A DNA stretch of 64,000 bases from an uncultured Acidobacteriota bacterium (GCA_963822445.1 CAWGHO010000001.1:704001-768000), one strand, 5' to 3'. Shown: positions 19,232 to 29,656, numbered from the stretch's first letter. The notes: a model not told the origin generated them from the letters alone. Numbers and translations are program-made.

Positions 19232-19723
19232 ATGACATCCCTCGCTGCTGACCACTACGACAACCTCACCTCCGGCATCGGCTATCGCCTCACCAGGACC
19301 CTTCTGGCAACGGAGAACACCTCGCTGCTCACGATCCTGCGCGTCGCGCTCGGCGTGGTCATCCTGCCGCACGGGCTCCAGAAAACGATCGGCTGGTTCG
19401 GCGGCCATGGCTTCACCGGCACGATGAATGGCTTCACCAGCATGGGCATCCCTGCGATCCTGGCCTTCCTCGTGATTCTTGCCGAGTCGGCGGGCGCCGT
19501 TGCGCTGATCACCGGCTTCACCACGCGCATCGCCGCGTTCGGAATCGGCGCAACGATGGCCGTCGCCGCGTTCATGCACAAGGCCAACGGCTTCTTCATG
19601 AACTGGAGCGGCCAGCAGAAGGGTGAAGGCTTCGAGTTCCACATCCTGGCCGTGGCCATCGCTGTCGTGCTGATGATCGGTGGTGCAGGGCGGTTTTCGT
19701 TGGACCGCGCGATCGCCAAGTGA
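19232..19723 (+). CDS. DoxX family membrane protein
   Basis: LRVALG..HGLQK, GEGFEFH, GAGRFSLD. Confidence 0.9.
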   Translation: MTSLAADHYDNLTSGIGYRLTRTLLATENTSLLTILRVALGVVILPHGLQKTIGWFGGHGFTGTMNGFTSMGIPAILAFLVILAESAGAVALITGFTTRIAAFGIGATMAVAAFMHKANGFFMNWSGQQKGEGFEFHILAVAIAVVLMIGGAGRFSLDRAIAK

Positions 19724-19778
19724 CGATTCGGAAGTGGCGGCGACGCGCCGCCGCTTCTCTCCTCTACACTGTCCGCGA

Positions 19779-20213
19779 ATGCGGTCCTTCGCTCACATCT
19801 GCGCGATCGTGTTACTGCTACCGCAAGTGCTGTTGGCGTCGCTGCTAGCACTCGCCGGCTATGTCGCGACCGAGCGCACTGTCTGGAGCATTCTCACGAA
19901 TGCGTGGGCGGTGATGGGCTACGTCTTTGGCTGGCTTGGCCTGGCCGTCGTGATCGGCGGTCTCGGCCTGATCATCGCCGGTTTTACCCGCCGATTCCGC
20001 GTCGTGGCCTCGTGGATCGTCATCGCCATCGCGGCCTACAGCGGGGTTGCACTCTGCAGGCGTATGGGTCTTTCGCTTGCCCTCGAATCCTGGTGGTTCT
20101 TCGTACCGGCACTGGCCGCGATCGGGATTTCCGGCTGGAGTCTGTCACGCGAGAGATCAGAGGTCGATCTCAGGCAAGTGGCCACGGCAAAGCCGACGCC
20201 TTCGCACCAATAG
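19779..20213 (+). CDS. Hypothetical membrane protein (4 TM)
   Basis: Four hydrophobic segments; TACACT 8 nt upstream of ATG. Confidence 0.6.
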   Translation: MRSFAHICAIVLLLPQVLLASLLALAGYVATERTVWSILTNAWAVMGYVFGWLGLAVVIGGLGLIIAGFTRRFRVVASWIVIAIAAYSGVALCRRMGLSLALESWWFFVPALAAIGISGWSLSRERSEVDLRQVATAKPTPSHQ

Positions 20214-20754
20214 CTTTGGCTGCCTGCTCGAGCTGTTCTCTGGCGATGGCTGCGGACCGCAACGGTTTGACGTGGGCCTGTCGTGCCCACGCCGACCACG
20301 GTTCCACCACCGTCTCGTGGCGGCCCGACGGGCTGTGAATCTCGCGCGCCCGAGCGAGAAGACGCACTTCGAGCTCTTTGACGGCCTTGCCGGTGCTCGG
20401 CACGCCCGCCTCTGAGTCTTCGATGGAAGCGAGCAGGCGGCGCGCTGCTTCGGAAAGCCCCCGTACCTGCCACGGAGCCTTCTCGGTCGCCACCGCAAGA
20501 AACGCCGGCCACAACTTGCGATGGACCAGCGTGACTTTGCCGGACAGCAGTTTCGAGAACAGCACGTCCGGGTGTTCGGAGAGGCTGGAAAGAACCGCGA
20601 AGATGAGCTGCGCCTTCGGATGGGACCACCACGAGCCTCGCAGCGACTCTCCGGTCAGCAGGCCGACGACGCTCGCGATTTCCTTGTCCTGCACGAGCAG
20701 GAGACCGGCGTCCTCGAGCGAGGCGAGGACGCGTGCCGTTTCCGTTTTACTCAT
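20170..20754 (-). CDS. Hypothetical protein (possibly AlkZ-related winged helix)
   Basis: GSWWSHP and KLLSGKVTLVH motifs; family call tentative. Confidence 0.65.
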   Translation of the reverse strand: MSKTETARVLASLEDAGLLLVQDKEIASVVGLLTGESLRGSWWSHPKAQLIFAVLSSLSEHPDVLFSKLLSGKVTLVHRKLWPAFLAVATEKAPWQVRGLSEAARRLLASIEDSEAGVPSTGKAVKELEVRLLARAREIHSPSGRHETVVEPWSAWARQAHVKPLRSAAIAREQLEQAAKAIGAKASALPWPLA

Positions 20755-20819
20755 GACGTTCGCTGGACTGCGCAACTCGCGTCGCCCCGGAGCGTATTCT
20801 GCTGCGAGGGACCTGGTCG

Positions 20820-21824
20820 ATGGGTTTCCAGGGTCTGTGGCGCCGGCGGGTCGCCGCACTGCTCGAACTGGTCGGCGTCTTCGTCACCGGCACGCTCGTC
20901 GCGCGGATGATCGCTCGAGCCATCGGGCTGCCGAGCGGCGGCCTGCGCGACGCGGAGCCCGGTGCTTCGATCGACTACCTCGCGCTCGCTTTCACGACCG
21001 GAGCAAACCTGCTGCTGCGCTACGGGGTCATCCTCGCGCTGGCCTTCGTCATCGGGTGGCGCTATCGCCGCCAGCGGCTGTCGAATTACGGGGTGACCAC
21101 CGCAGGTCTGCCGGCTCGCGCGCACATCGCGATCGCGGTCGTGCTCTTCGCGGTCGGCGGCTTCCTGCCGAAACTGCTCATCTACCTCAAAGATCACGTG
21201 GCTCTCGGCCAGGGCCCGCGGCACTGGGATCTGATCGGGTCCGCGAATTCGTTCGAATTCTGGGTCTACATGGCTGTGTCGAGCTTCGGACTGGTTCCGA
21301 TCGTCGAGGAGTTGTTCTTCCGCGGCTACGTGCAGACGCGGCTCACCCAGACGTTCGACGCTCCGACGGCGATCGTGATGACGGCGCTGTTGTTCACCCT
21401 CTCGCATCGGCAGTACTTCATCCCCAGTGTCCTCGGCCTGGGCATGCTCCTGGCGCTGTTCATCGCCTCGTTGCTCGCGAGCTACGTTCGCCATCGCTTC
21501 AACTCCCTACTGCCCGGCGTCCTCGCACACGCTCTGGGCAACGTACCGGTTCGAGGTGTGTGGCAGGTGGTACTCCTGGCATTGATGGCCCTGGCCATCG
21601 GCCTTGCGCGAACCGAGATCCTCGCGCACACGCGCGAGCTGGCGGCGCTGATCAGAACGCGTACCGTCGTGACGGGCTCACTCGTCACCGTCGCTGTGGT
21701 CGTCGTGGTTTTGACCATCGCCGCTTTGGGTCGAACACCGCTGCTCGTATTCGGCGCCCTGGCATTGATCGCAGCGGTCGCATTCGCCCGGAACGAGCGG
21801 CAGCACGAGACGACTGTTGGTTGA
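20820..21824 (+). CDS. CPBP (CAAX/Abi) intramembrane glutamic endopeptidase
   Basis: EELFFRG, FTLSH, HALGN, multiple TMs. Confidence 0.85.
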   Translation: MGFQGLWRRRVAALLELVGVFVTGTLVARMIARAIGLPSGGLRDAEPGASIDYLALAFTTGANLLLRYGVILALAFVIGWRYRRQRLSNYGVTTAGLPARAHIAIAVVLFAVGGFLPKLLIYLKDHVALGQGPRHWDLIGSANSFEFWVYMAVSSFGLVPIVEELFFRGYVQTRLTQTFDAPTAIVMTALLFTLSHRQYFIPSVLGLGMLLALFIASLLASYVRHRFNSLLPGVLAHALGNVPVRGVWQVVLLALMALAIGLARTEILAHTRELAALIRTRTVVTGSLVTVAVVVVVLTIAALGRTPLLVFGALALIAAVAFARNERQHETTVG

Positions 21825-23369
21825 TTCCACCGGCGGCGGTGGCGGCTCGACGTCCTTCACGAACGCCTTGTAATGCTCGTGCCGATCGAGAATCAGATCG
21901 ACGTAGGCCACCGGCTCGGTTCCACGCGCGAATCCGTACTTCACGACGGGATCGTTGTAGACCGCTCGCGTCGACTTGCGGATCAGCCAGTAGGCGACGT
22001 CGCTCCACTTGTCCGCGTCATCGCCGAATTTCGCCGCGAGCCGCCGCGCATCCTCGACGTGTCCGTAGCCGACGTTGTACGAGGCCAGGATGAACTTGCG
22101 GCGCTCGCTCTCCGGCTCGATCGATTCCCAGCGCTGGTCGAGCTTCCACAGATACCGGCAGGCCCCTTCGATGGCCTGTCGCGGATCGGCGGCATTCACG
22201 CGCAACTCGCGCGCCGTCGCGGGCATGATCTGCATGATGCCCACCGCGCCGGCCCACGATCGCGCCCGCGCGTTGAAGCGCGATTCCTGATACGCCTGCG
22301 ACGCGACCAGGCGCCAATCCCAGCCGGGAATGCGCGCGTATTCCTTGAAGAAATCGTCATACGGCGACAAGCGCCCCGTCTCCGCCGTCAGATACTTGCT
22401 GGCCGCGCGCTGATGAAAGCCGCGGCGGTCCTTGAAGTACTTGCGATACAGAACATTCAGCAGACCGCTCTTTCTCTTCGCCGCGATCCACGTATCGAGC
22501 TGGGCGCGCAACGCAGGCGCGTTCGTCCGGACCGCCCACACCACCTGTTGCGGCGGACCGATGGCCGGCTTCACCAGAAGGTTCGTGTACTCCCCCGCTT
22601 TCAGCGCGGCCACATTCTCCGCGGCCACGGTGTAAGCGATGTCCCCCTCGGACAACTGTTGAATCAGGCGATCGCTGGTCGCGTCGACCTCCACGACCTG
22701 GATGTCCTGCGTCAGCTCGTCGTTCAACTCCAGCAGGCGCGCGTGATACGGCGAGGTCTGCGGAACATGCACCTGCGAGCCGCCGAGCTCCGACGGCTTC
22801 GCCACGAGCTTCGCCCGCACGACCACGCCCTGCGGGTCGGACGTCTCCCGCCGCTCCCGAGCCTGGGCCTTGTTCACGTCGGCGGACGGTGTCGCGGGCG
22901 TTCCTTTCCGCTGCACGACCACCGGCGCGGTCTCGTACAAACCGCTGGTGAACGCGACGCGAGTCTCCTTCGATCCGGGCGTGATCTGCGCCGCGACGAC
23001 GTCGCCCTCACCCGCGTTCAGCTTGTCGAACAGCTCCCGGCTGTCCCGCACCACGACCGGCTTCATCTTCAGTTTGTTGTCTCTGGCGAAGGTGTTGAGG
23101 AGCTCGAACTCGTAGCCCATCGTCGCGCCGCGGTAGACGAAGTAGCCGGTGGAGTTGAAGGTGAAGAGGACCCGCAGCTCCTTCGATTCGGCGATCTGCG
23201 CGAGGTCCCGCGCGACCGGTGCAATCGGCGGGGGCGCGGGCGGCGGTGCTTCGAGGCTCTTGGTCCTGGTCTCTTCCCGCTTCGGCTCAGGGGACGGCGG
23301 TGGGGTGGTTTCGTTCCGTTGACCGCAGGCCACGACGAGCAGCGCGGCGATGACCATCCCCCGAATCAC
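21678..23369 (-). CDS. mltF: Membrane-bound lytic murein transglycosylase F (SBP + SLT)
   Basis: Lipobox VVAC; GYEFEL SBP domain; SLT motifs QESRF, GAVGIMQIMP, LASYNVG, GFARG. Confidence 0.85.
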   Translation of the reverse strand: MIRGMVIAALLVVACGQRNETTPPPSPEPKREETRTKSLEAPPPAPPPIAPVARDLAQIAESKELRVLFTFNSTGYFVYRGATMGYEFELLNTFARDNKLKMKPVVVRDSRELFDKLNAGEGDVVAAQITPGSKETRVAFTSGLYETAPVVVQRKGTPATPSADVNKAQARERRETSDPQGVVVRAKLVAKPSELGGSQVHVPQTSPYHARLLELNDELTQDIQVVEVDATSDRLIQQLSEGDIAYTVAAENVAALKAGEYTNLLVKPAIGPPQQVVWAVRTNAPALRAQLDTWIAAKRKSGLLNVLYRKYFKDRRGFHQRAASKYLTAETGRLSPYDDFFKEYARIPGWDWRLVASQAYQESRFNARARSWAGAVGIMQIMPATARELRVNAADPRQAIEGACRYLWKLDQRWESIEPESERRKFILASYNVGYGHVEDARRLAAKFGDDADKWSDVAYWLIRKSTRAVYNDPVVKYGFARGTEPVAYVDLILDRHEHYKAFVKDVEPPPPPVESTNSRLVLPLVPGECDRCDQCQGAEYEQRCSTQSGDGQNHDDHSDGDE

Positions 23370-23432
23370 GAGCCGGTTTCTCTGCACGACCGGCTCCAAT
23401 CGACGCGACACGTGCTGTTACGATGGCGTCCA

Positions 23433-24467
23433 GTGGCCGGCCGCGCGCGCAAACAGTTCGAGTGGGAAGACCTCCCCGACGCCCAGCTCCTCGACATCCG
23501 CCTCCGCGACCTCGGCGTCCGCATCGAAGGCACCTGGATCGAGGCCTGTCTCAGCGATCTTTACGAAGACCTGGAGCGCCGCGATCTCCCCTTCCGCCCG
23601 CACGCGTGGCTCTCCGGCGACTGGTTCGTGCCCGATCGCGTTCCAGGCATTGCCATCCCCTTCTACCTCGCTCATCCGCGGCTGATGAAGCTCGAGCGCA
23701 AGCAGATGCTGGAAGTGGAAGGGGGCACCGCCGCGGAGATGATGAAGATCCTCCGCCACGAATGCGGCCACGCGCTCGACAACGCGTACGGCACCACGCG
23801 CGATCCGCGGCGCCGCGAGCTGTTCGGCGATCCGTCGAAGCGCTATCCCGAGCACTACCGCCCCAACCCCGCCAGCCGCCGCTACGTGCAGCATCTCCGG
23901 CTTTACTACGCGCAGAGCCATCCTCTCGAGGATTTCGCGGAGACGTTCGCGGTGATCATCGCCTCACGCGGCGGAGGATGGCGCAGGCGTTACGCGGAAT
24001 GGCCGGCGCTGAAAAAACTCGAGTATGTCGACGCGCTGCTCGACGAGTTGCGCGGCCAGCCGCAGAAACATCGCAGCCGGGAGAAGCCCGATTCGCTCCC
24101 GACGCTGGGCATGACCCTGCGCGAGTACTACGCCGACAAGCGCGGCCGCTATCTGGTCAGCTATCCCGACATCTACGATCGCGATCTGCGGCGGCTCTTC
24201 TCCGACGATCCGAAACATCAGCGGCGCGAGCTGGCGTCGCGGTTCCTCCGCCGCAATCGCACCGAGATCCGCAGCCTCGTCGCGAACTGGACCGGCGAGT
24301 ACCAGTTCACATTGGAACAGGTGCTGAAGGACATGATCGGCCGCAGCCGCGAGTTGAAGTTGCGTGCGGCCGGGCCGGAGCGCCGTCTGAAGATGGAGTT
24401 CGCGGTCCTGCTCACAGTCAAGACGATGGATTTTCATTACAGTCGCCGGAACTGGTTCGCGCTCTGA
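23433..24467 (+). CDS. Putative zinc-binding metallopeptidase (Peptidase_Mx-like)
   Basis: LRHECGH (HExxH), YAQSHPLEDFAETF; start inferred. Confidence 0.8.
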   Translation: MAGRARKQFEWEDLPDAQLLDIRLRDLGVRIEGTWIEACLSDLYEDLERRDLPFRPHAWLSGDWFVPDRVPGIAIPFYLAHPRLMKLERKQMLEVEGGTAAEMMKILRHECGHALDNAYGTTRDPRRRELFGDPSKRYPEHYRPNPASRRYVQHLRLYYAQSHPLEDFAETFAVIIASRGGGWRRRYAEWPALKKLEYVDALLDELRGQPQKHRSREKPDSLPTLGMTLREYYADKRGRYLVSYPDIYDRDLRRLFSDDPKHQRRELASRFLRRNRTEIRSLVANWTGEYQFTLEQVLKDMIGRSRELKLRAAGPERRLKMEFAVLLTVKTMDFHYSRRNWFAL

Positions 24468-24471
24468 AGCA

Positions 24472-25494
24472 ATGAAGCGGAAATTACGCGTCGTCGTCCT
24501 CATGCATCCGTCGATGGTCCCGCCCGACAATCCGGAGGACTACTCCGAGCAGGAGCGGTACGAGTGGAAGACGGAGTACGACGTCGTGACCACGCTCCGA
24601 GAGCTCAAACACGAAGTCCGCCCGCTGGGCGTGGCCGACGAGCTGACGCCGATCCGCAAGACGATCGAGGAGTGGAAGCCGGACATCGTCTTCAATCTGC
24701 TCGAGGAGTTTCTCGGACGGCAGGACTTCGATCATCACGTGGTCAGCTTCCTCGAGCTGATGCAGGTGGCGTACACCGGTTGCCATCCGCGCGGCCTGAT
24801 GCTCGCCCGCGACAAGGCCCTCTCCAAGAAGCTCCTCGCCTATCACCACCTGATGGTTCCCCGGTTCGCCGTCTTTCCCCGCGGCAAACGCGTGCAGCGC
24901 ACGAAGGGGCTCGAGTTTCCGCTGATCGTGAAGAGCCTCGTACACGAGGCCTCGCTGGGAATCTCGCAGGCGTCGCTCGTCGACAACGACGAGAAGCTTC
25001 GCGAGCGCGTGGCCTTCATTCATCAGCGGCATCACTCCGACGCCATCGCCGAGCAGTTCATCGACGGCCGCGAGTTCTACGTCGGCATCATCGGCAACAA
25101 CCGCCTGGAGATCCTGCCGGTCTGGGAACTGGTCTTCGAGAACATGCCCGAGGGCTCGGCGTCGATCGCGACCGCGCACGTGAAGCACAACACGGAGTAT
25201 CAGCGCCGCCGCGGGATCTACCAGCAGCACGCCGACGACCTCGCGCCCGCGCTGCGCGATCACATCATCCGCACCAGCCGCCGCATCGCGCGCATCCTCG
25301 ACCTCGACGGCTACAACCGCATCGATTACCGCCTCAGCGCCGACGGGAAGCTGTACTTCCTCGAAGCCAACCCCAATCCCGACATCGCCCGCAGCGAGGA
25401 GTACGCGTCGGCCGCCGAAGAGGCGGGGATGAGCTACCCGGCTCTGATTCAGCGGATCGTGGAGCTGGGATTGAAGCGCGCCGCGGGGCGGTGA
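24472..25494 (+). CDS. D-Ala-D-Ala ligase-like ATP-grasp protein
   Basis: VFNLLE, DKALSK, PLIVK, SLGIS, EQFIDGRE, RIDYR, LEANPNP. Confidence 0.88.
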   Translation: MKRKLRVVVLMHPSMVPPDNPEDYSEQERYEWKTEYDVVTTLRELKHEVRPLGVADELTPIRKTIEEWKPDIVFNLLEEFLGRQDFDHHVVSFLELMQVAYTGCHPRGLMLARDKALSKKLLAYHHLMVPRFAVFPRGKRVQRTKGLEFPLIVKSLVHEASLGISQASLVDNDEKLRERVAFIHQRHHSDAIAEQFIDGREFYVGIIGNNRLEILPVWELVFENMPEGSASIATAHVKHNTEYQRRRGIYQQHADDLAPALRDHIIRTSRRIARILDLDGYNRIDYRLSADGKLYFLEANPNPDIARSEEYASAAEEAGMSYPALIQRIVELGLKRAAGR

Positions 25495-25495
25495 G

Positions 25496-26551
25496 CTACT
25501 TCACGCCGTTCCGCAACTCCTCCACGTGCACGGCCTTGATCACCGTCAGCGTCGCATCGGTGAAGGTCAGCGGAGCCAGTCCCAACACCGCCCGAGCCTC
25601 GCCCAACGCAGTCCGGAGGGCGATGATGTGCTGGGCACGAACGATGGCTCCCGCGGCGATCGTGCCGTCCGCGCTCATCGAGGACATGCCTGCCGAAGCG
25701 CGCATGGCGTTGACGGCGGTTCGCAACTCCGTGATGTGAACGAGCTTCACCACGGTGCTCCCGGCGACGAGCGGATCGTCGGTGAACACCACCGTCGTGG
25801 CCGCGTCGACGTTGCTGAATCCCTCCGACGTGTTTGCTTTGACCTTGTAGAGATAGGTCGTGTTCGCCGAGACGCTGGTGTCTGAGAACGAAGTCGCCGT
25901 GGGCGTTGCGATCGATGAATACGCGCTGCCGTTGAAGCTGCGCCAGACTTCATAAGAGCTCGCGCCGGCGAGCGCGCTCCAGGTGAGATTCACCTGCGAC
26001 GTGCCGGCCGCGGTGGCGACGAGGTTCGTGGGCGCCGGACCGGTGATGGTCACACTCCCGTTCACGAGCGCGAGATTTCCCGCGGCGACCGTCTCCTGTA
26101 CGGAACCGGTTTGATTCGAAAGGACGGCGCTCGGCGGATCGAATCGCAAAGAGGTCGTGCTGGTCGCGGTGACAGTCAGCGTCCCGATCGGATTGCCGGG
26201 AGCAATGGTGTTGAGATCGAGCGTGAGCGGCTGGCTGAACGACACCACCACCGAGATCCAGCCGTCGCCCTGCAGCGTGCTTTCGAAGAACACCGGCGTC
26301 GAGGCAGCGATGCCGGCGCGCGCGAACGTCACCGACGTCACGGCGTCGTCGTCGAACATCACCTTGAAGGCGAAGCCGCGGATCGCGGTGGCGTCGTTGC
26401 CGAGGGGTGTGCCGCTGCGATCGAGGATGGAGATCGGAACCTGGGCCGAAGCGCCGGTCGCCGCGCTCCCCGTGCCGATGGTCAGGACATCCTGCGCGCT
26501 CGCCGAAAAAGCGGACAGGAGCAATGCGAGGGCAACCGGGAGCGGACGCAT
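25496..26551 (-). CDS. Secreted protein: cohesin-like beta-sandwich + FN3 + C-terminal H-x-x-x-L-R repeat domain
   Basis: Signal peptide; LTIG...VPI...GFAFKVMFD...NGSVTI; FN3 APTNL...LTW...Y.Y.V; three HxxxLR repeats. Confidence 0.75.
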   Translation of the reverse strand: MRPLPVALALLLSAFSASAQDVLTIGTGSAATGASAQVPISILDRSGTPLGNDATAIRGFAFKVMFDDDAVTSVTFARAGIAASTPVFFESTLQGDGWISVVVSFSQPLTLDLNTIAPGNPIGTLTVTATSTTSLRFDPPSAVLSNQTGSVQETVAAGNLALVNGSVTITGPAPTNLVATAAGTSQVNLTWSALAGASSYEVWRSFNGSAYSSIATPTATSFSDTSVSANTTYLYKVKANTSEGFSNVDAATTVVFTDDPLVAGSTVVKLVHITELRTAVNAMRASAGMSSMSADGTIAAGAIVRAQHIIALRTALGEARAVLGLAPLTFTDATLTVIKAVHVEELRNGVK

Positions 26552-26616
26552 GGTCTGGCTGCAGGCGGCAGCAAGGCGTGTGCCTCGTGGCAGATCGTTT
26601 GCTGCGCTTCCGGCCC

Positions 26617-27870
26617 ATGCGCCGGACTTTTCTCACCGCCATCCTCTGCATCGCCATCCCCCTCGGAGCGGCCACCCTTCCCGCGGGATTCAGCGAGACC
26701 GTCATCTCCGGCCTGGCCAGCCCCACGGCGATGGCCATGGCCCCGGACGGGCGCATCTTCGTTTGTCAGCAGGCCGGCGCGCTGCGGGTGATCAAGAACA
26801 ACGCCCTCCTGTCCACGCCGTTCGTGACGATTACCGTCAACGCATTCGGCGAACGAGGGCTCCTCGGCATCGCCATCGATCCCGATTTCCTCACCAACAA
26901 CTTCGTTTACGTTTACTACACCGCCAACACGCCGAACGTTCACAACCGCATCAGCCGCTTCACCGCGGCGGGCGACGTCGCGGTGCCGGGCAGCGAAGTG
27001 ATCGTGCTGGAACTGGAGGATATCGACGCCAGCAATCACAACGGCGGCGGGCTTCACTTCGGCACCGACGGCAAGTTGTACGCGGCGGTCGGCGAGAACG
27101 CGGTCCCGTCGCATTCACAGACGCTGACCAACAAGCTCGGCAAAGTCCTGCGCATCAACAAGGACGGCTCGATCCCCACCGACAATCCGTTTTACGGCGC
27201 GACGACCGGAACCAATCGCTCGATATGGGCTCTCGGGCTCCGCAATCCGTTCACGTTCGGCGTCCATCCGAACAGCGGCCGCATCTTCATCAATGACGTC
27301 GGCGCGGCCACATTCGAGGAAATCAACGACGGCGCTGCCGGGGCGAACTACGGCTGGCCGGACACGGAAGGGCCGACCTCGAATCCGAGCTACGTCTCAC
27401 CGCTTCACTACTACGCGAACGATGCTTCGACTTGTGCGATCGCCGGCGGTACGTTCTACGCGCCCGAGGTGCGGCAGTTTCCTTCGACCCACGTCGAGTC
27501 GTATTTCTTCGCCGATCTCTGCGGCGGATGGATCCGCAGACTGGATGAAGCGGCGCAATCGAACGACTTCGCCACCGGCATCTCGCTTCCCGTCGATCTG
27601 CTCGCCGGACATGACGGCAGCCTTTACTACCTCGCCCGTGGTTCGGGCGCGGTGGTGCGCGTGCGCTGGGATCGCCATCTCGAAGGGGACGTGAACGGCG
27701 ACGGGTCGACCAATGCCGCGGACGTCTTCTACTTCATCAATTTCTTCCACGGCGGAGGCGCGGCGCCCGCGGCAGGAAGCGGCGACGTCGACGGAAACGG
27801 CCAGGTCAACGCGGCCGACCTCACCTACCTCGTCGCGTACGTTTACGGACGCGGGCCGACGCCGATCTGA
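26617..27870 (+). CDS. PQQ-dependent sugar (glucose/sorbosone) dehydrogenase with C-terminal dockerin-like domain
   Basis: ERGLLG, HNGG, GLRNPF, NYGWP; tail [13 protein letters not shown]...[13 protein letters not shown]. Confidence 0.88.
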   Translation: MRRTFLTAILCIAIPLGAATLPAGFSETVISGLASPTAMAMAPDGRIFVCQQAGALRVIKNNALLSTPFVTITVNAFGERGLLGIAIDPDFLTNNFVYVYYTANTPNVHNRISRFTAAGDVAVPGSEVIVLELEDIDASNHNGGGLHFGTDGKLYAAVGENAVPSHSQTLTNKLGKVLRINKDGSIPTDNPFYGATTGTNRSIWALGLRNPFTFGVHPNSGRIFINDVGAATFEEINDGAAGANYGWPDTEGPTSNPSYVSPLHYYANDASTCAIAGGTFYAPEVRQFPSTHVESYFFADLCGGWIRRLDEAAQSNDFATGISLPVDLLAGHDGSLYYLARGSGAVVRVRWDRHLEGDVNGDGSTNAADVFYFINFFHGGGAAPAAGSGDVDGNGQVNAADLTYLVAYVYGRGPTPI

Positions 27871-28889
27871 GTGAGCTCCGTCGCGATCCGCGCGAGCATC
27901 GCCACCCGCTCCCCCAGCGACGCGAACCGCGGATCATCGGTCTGCTTGCGCACGAACCGCGCGTAGATCTGCTGGATGACCACCGCCAGCTTGAACACCG
28001 CGAAGACCTCGTAAACCGCGATGTTGTCGAGTGACTGCCCCGAGCGCTGCGCGTAACGATCGAGGATCTCCTCGCGATCGAACCAGTCCCGCCGCTTCGT
28101 GACGCTGGGGATGGCGTCGTGGCCGACCGCGGCGTGAATCCAGTAGCAAAGCAGGATGCCGACATCGACCAGCGGATCGCCGATCGCGCTCATCTCCCAG
28201 TCGAACACTCCGACGAGGCGCGTCGGATCGCTTACATCGAGCATCACGTTGTCGAGCTTGTAGTCGCCATGCACGAGCGTCGGCCGCGCGGGATCGTCCG
28301 GAATCCGCGACTCCAGCCAGGCCGCGAGCGCCTCCATCTCCGGCACGTCGCTGGTCTTCGAGCCATGCCAGCGCTCCGTCCAGCCGCGGATCTGCCGCGC
28401 GACGAAGCCCGCTGGTTTGCCGAGGGCGTCGAGTCCGTGCGAAGAAATGTCGATGGCGTGCAGATCGGCGAGCGTGTCGATGACGCTTCCGCTGATCGCA
28501 CCGCGCAAGGGCTCGATGCCGGGCGGCTCGTCGGCGCGGATGACGATGCCGCGGCGTCGCTCCATCACGTAAAAAACGCTGCCGATGATCGACGTGTCCG
28601 CGCAAAGCAGGTACGGCTTCGGCGCGAGAGGAAAGTGCGGATGCACGGCCTGCAGCACGCGGCACTCGCGAGCCATGTCGTGCGCGCGCGGCGGAACAGG
28701 ACCGAACGGCGGCCGGCGCAGGACCATCTCCTGATCGCCGAACGCGATGTCGTAGGTGAGGTTCGAATGGCCGCCCGGGAACTGCGTGACGGTCATCTCG
28801 CCGGTGACGCCGAGCTCTTCTCGCAGATACGCGGCCAGCTTTTCCCAGTCGAGCTGCTCGCTCTCTCGGACAGGGCGGGTGTCGTTCAT
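27843..28889 (-). CDS. Phosphotransferase (APH/ACAD10-11 kinase-like)
   Basis: [27 protein letters not shown]. Confidence 0.9.
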   Translation of the reverse strand: MNDTRPVRESEQLDWEKLAAYLREELGVTGEMTVTQFPGGHSNLTYDIAFGDQEMVLRRPPFGPVPPRAHDMARECRVLQAVHPHFPLAPKPYLLCADTSIIGSVFYVMERRRGIVIRADEPPGIEPLRGAISGSVIDTLADLHAIDISSHGLDALGKPAGFVARQIRGWTERWHGSKTSDVPEMEALAAWLESRIPDDPARPTLVHGDYKLDNVMLDVSDPTRLVGVFDWEMSAIGDPLVDVGILLCYWIHAAVGHDAIPSVTKRRDWFDREEILDRYAQRSGQSLDNIAVYEVFAVFKLAVVIQQIYARFVRKQTDDPRFASLGERVAMLARIATELTQIGVGPRP

Positions 28890-29656
28890 TTCACCCTCAG
28901 CACGCGTCGCACGAGGCCCGGCAGGAATCGCCGCAGCAGCACGGCGTGGATCTCTTTCCCACCGACGCGAACCTCCGCTTTCTTCTTCGCCACCGCGTCG
29001 ATGATGCGCAGCGCAGCGTCTTCCGCTCGCATGGCTTTGGCGTGTGTCTCATCGGTCTTGCCGTAAGCGGAGCCGTCGCCGCGCAGCGCGTTCTGCGAGA
29101 CGTTCGTCCGCACGTAACCCGGCACGACCATGGTGATGACGATGCCGTCTTTCGCCGTTTCCGCGCGGAGCGTCTCGAAGAATCCGTGGAGTGCATGTTT
29201 CGACGCGGAATACGCCGACCGCATGGGGACGCCGACGTAGCCGATCACGCTGCTGATTGGCACCATGTGTCCCGATCGCCGCACGATCATCGACGGCAGC
29301 ACGGCCTTGGTCAGCGCGATCGTGCCGAAGTAGTTGAGGTCCATGATCGCGCGGTCGGTGCTGAGATCCGTTTCCACGACCGTCGATCGCTGACTCACCC
29401 CGCCACTGTGCACGAGGATGTCCACATGGCCGACGCTCGCCGCCGCGGCGTTGATGGCGATGGTGTCGCGCAGATCGAGCGACAGGACGCGATGTCGCTC
29501 CGGATTCGCGCAGAGTGCGCGGACGCGCTCGAGCTCCGTCGCGTTCCGCGCCGATAACACAAGCTGCGCGCCTTCGCGGCTCCAGGCGATGGCGAGCGCT
29601 TCGCCGATGCCCGAGGAGGCGCCGGTGATCCAGATGATCTGATCGCGAAATCTCAT
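28886..29656 (-). CDS. Short-chain dehydrogenase/reductase
   Basis: [13 protein letters not shown]. Confidence 0.9.
   Translation of the reverse strand: MRFRDQIIWITGASSGIGEALAIAWSREGAQLVLSARNATELERVRALCANPERHRVLSLDLRDTIAINAAAASVGHVDILVHSGGVSQRSTVVETDLSTDRAIMDLNYFGTIALTKAVLPSMIVRRSGHMVPISSVIGYVGVPMRSAYSASKHALHGFFETLRAETAKDGIVITMVVPGYVRTNVSQNALRGDGSAYGKTDETHAKAMRAEDAALRIIDAVAKKKAEVRVGGKEIHAVLLRRFLPGLVRRVLRVK

Noticed and set aside
20820-21824. Abortive-infection defence gene (Abi name of the CPBP family)
   Set aside because: CPBP proteases are widespread membrane peptidases; nothing in the context indicates defence.
21873-24467. 864-aa ORF, and similar long extensions (3401-4687, 9430-10881, 10969-12300, 15118-16398, 32092-34704)
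   Set aside because: The extensions are shadow frames overlapping real genes in GC-rich DNA; only the motif-bearing 3' parts were kept.
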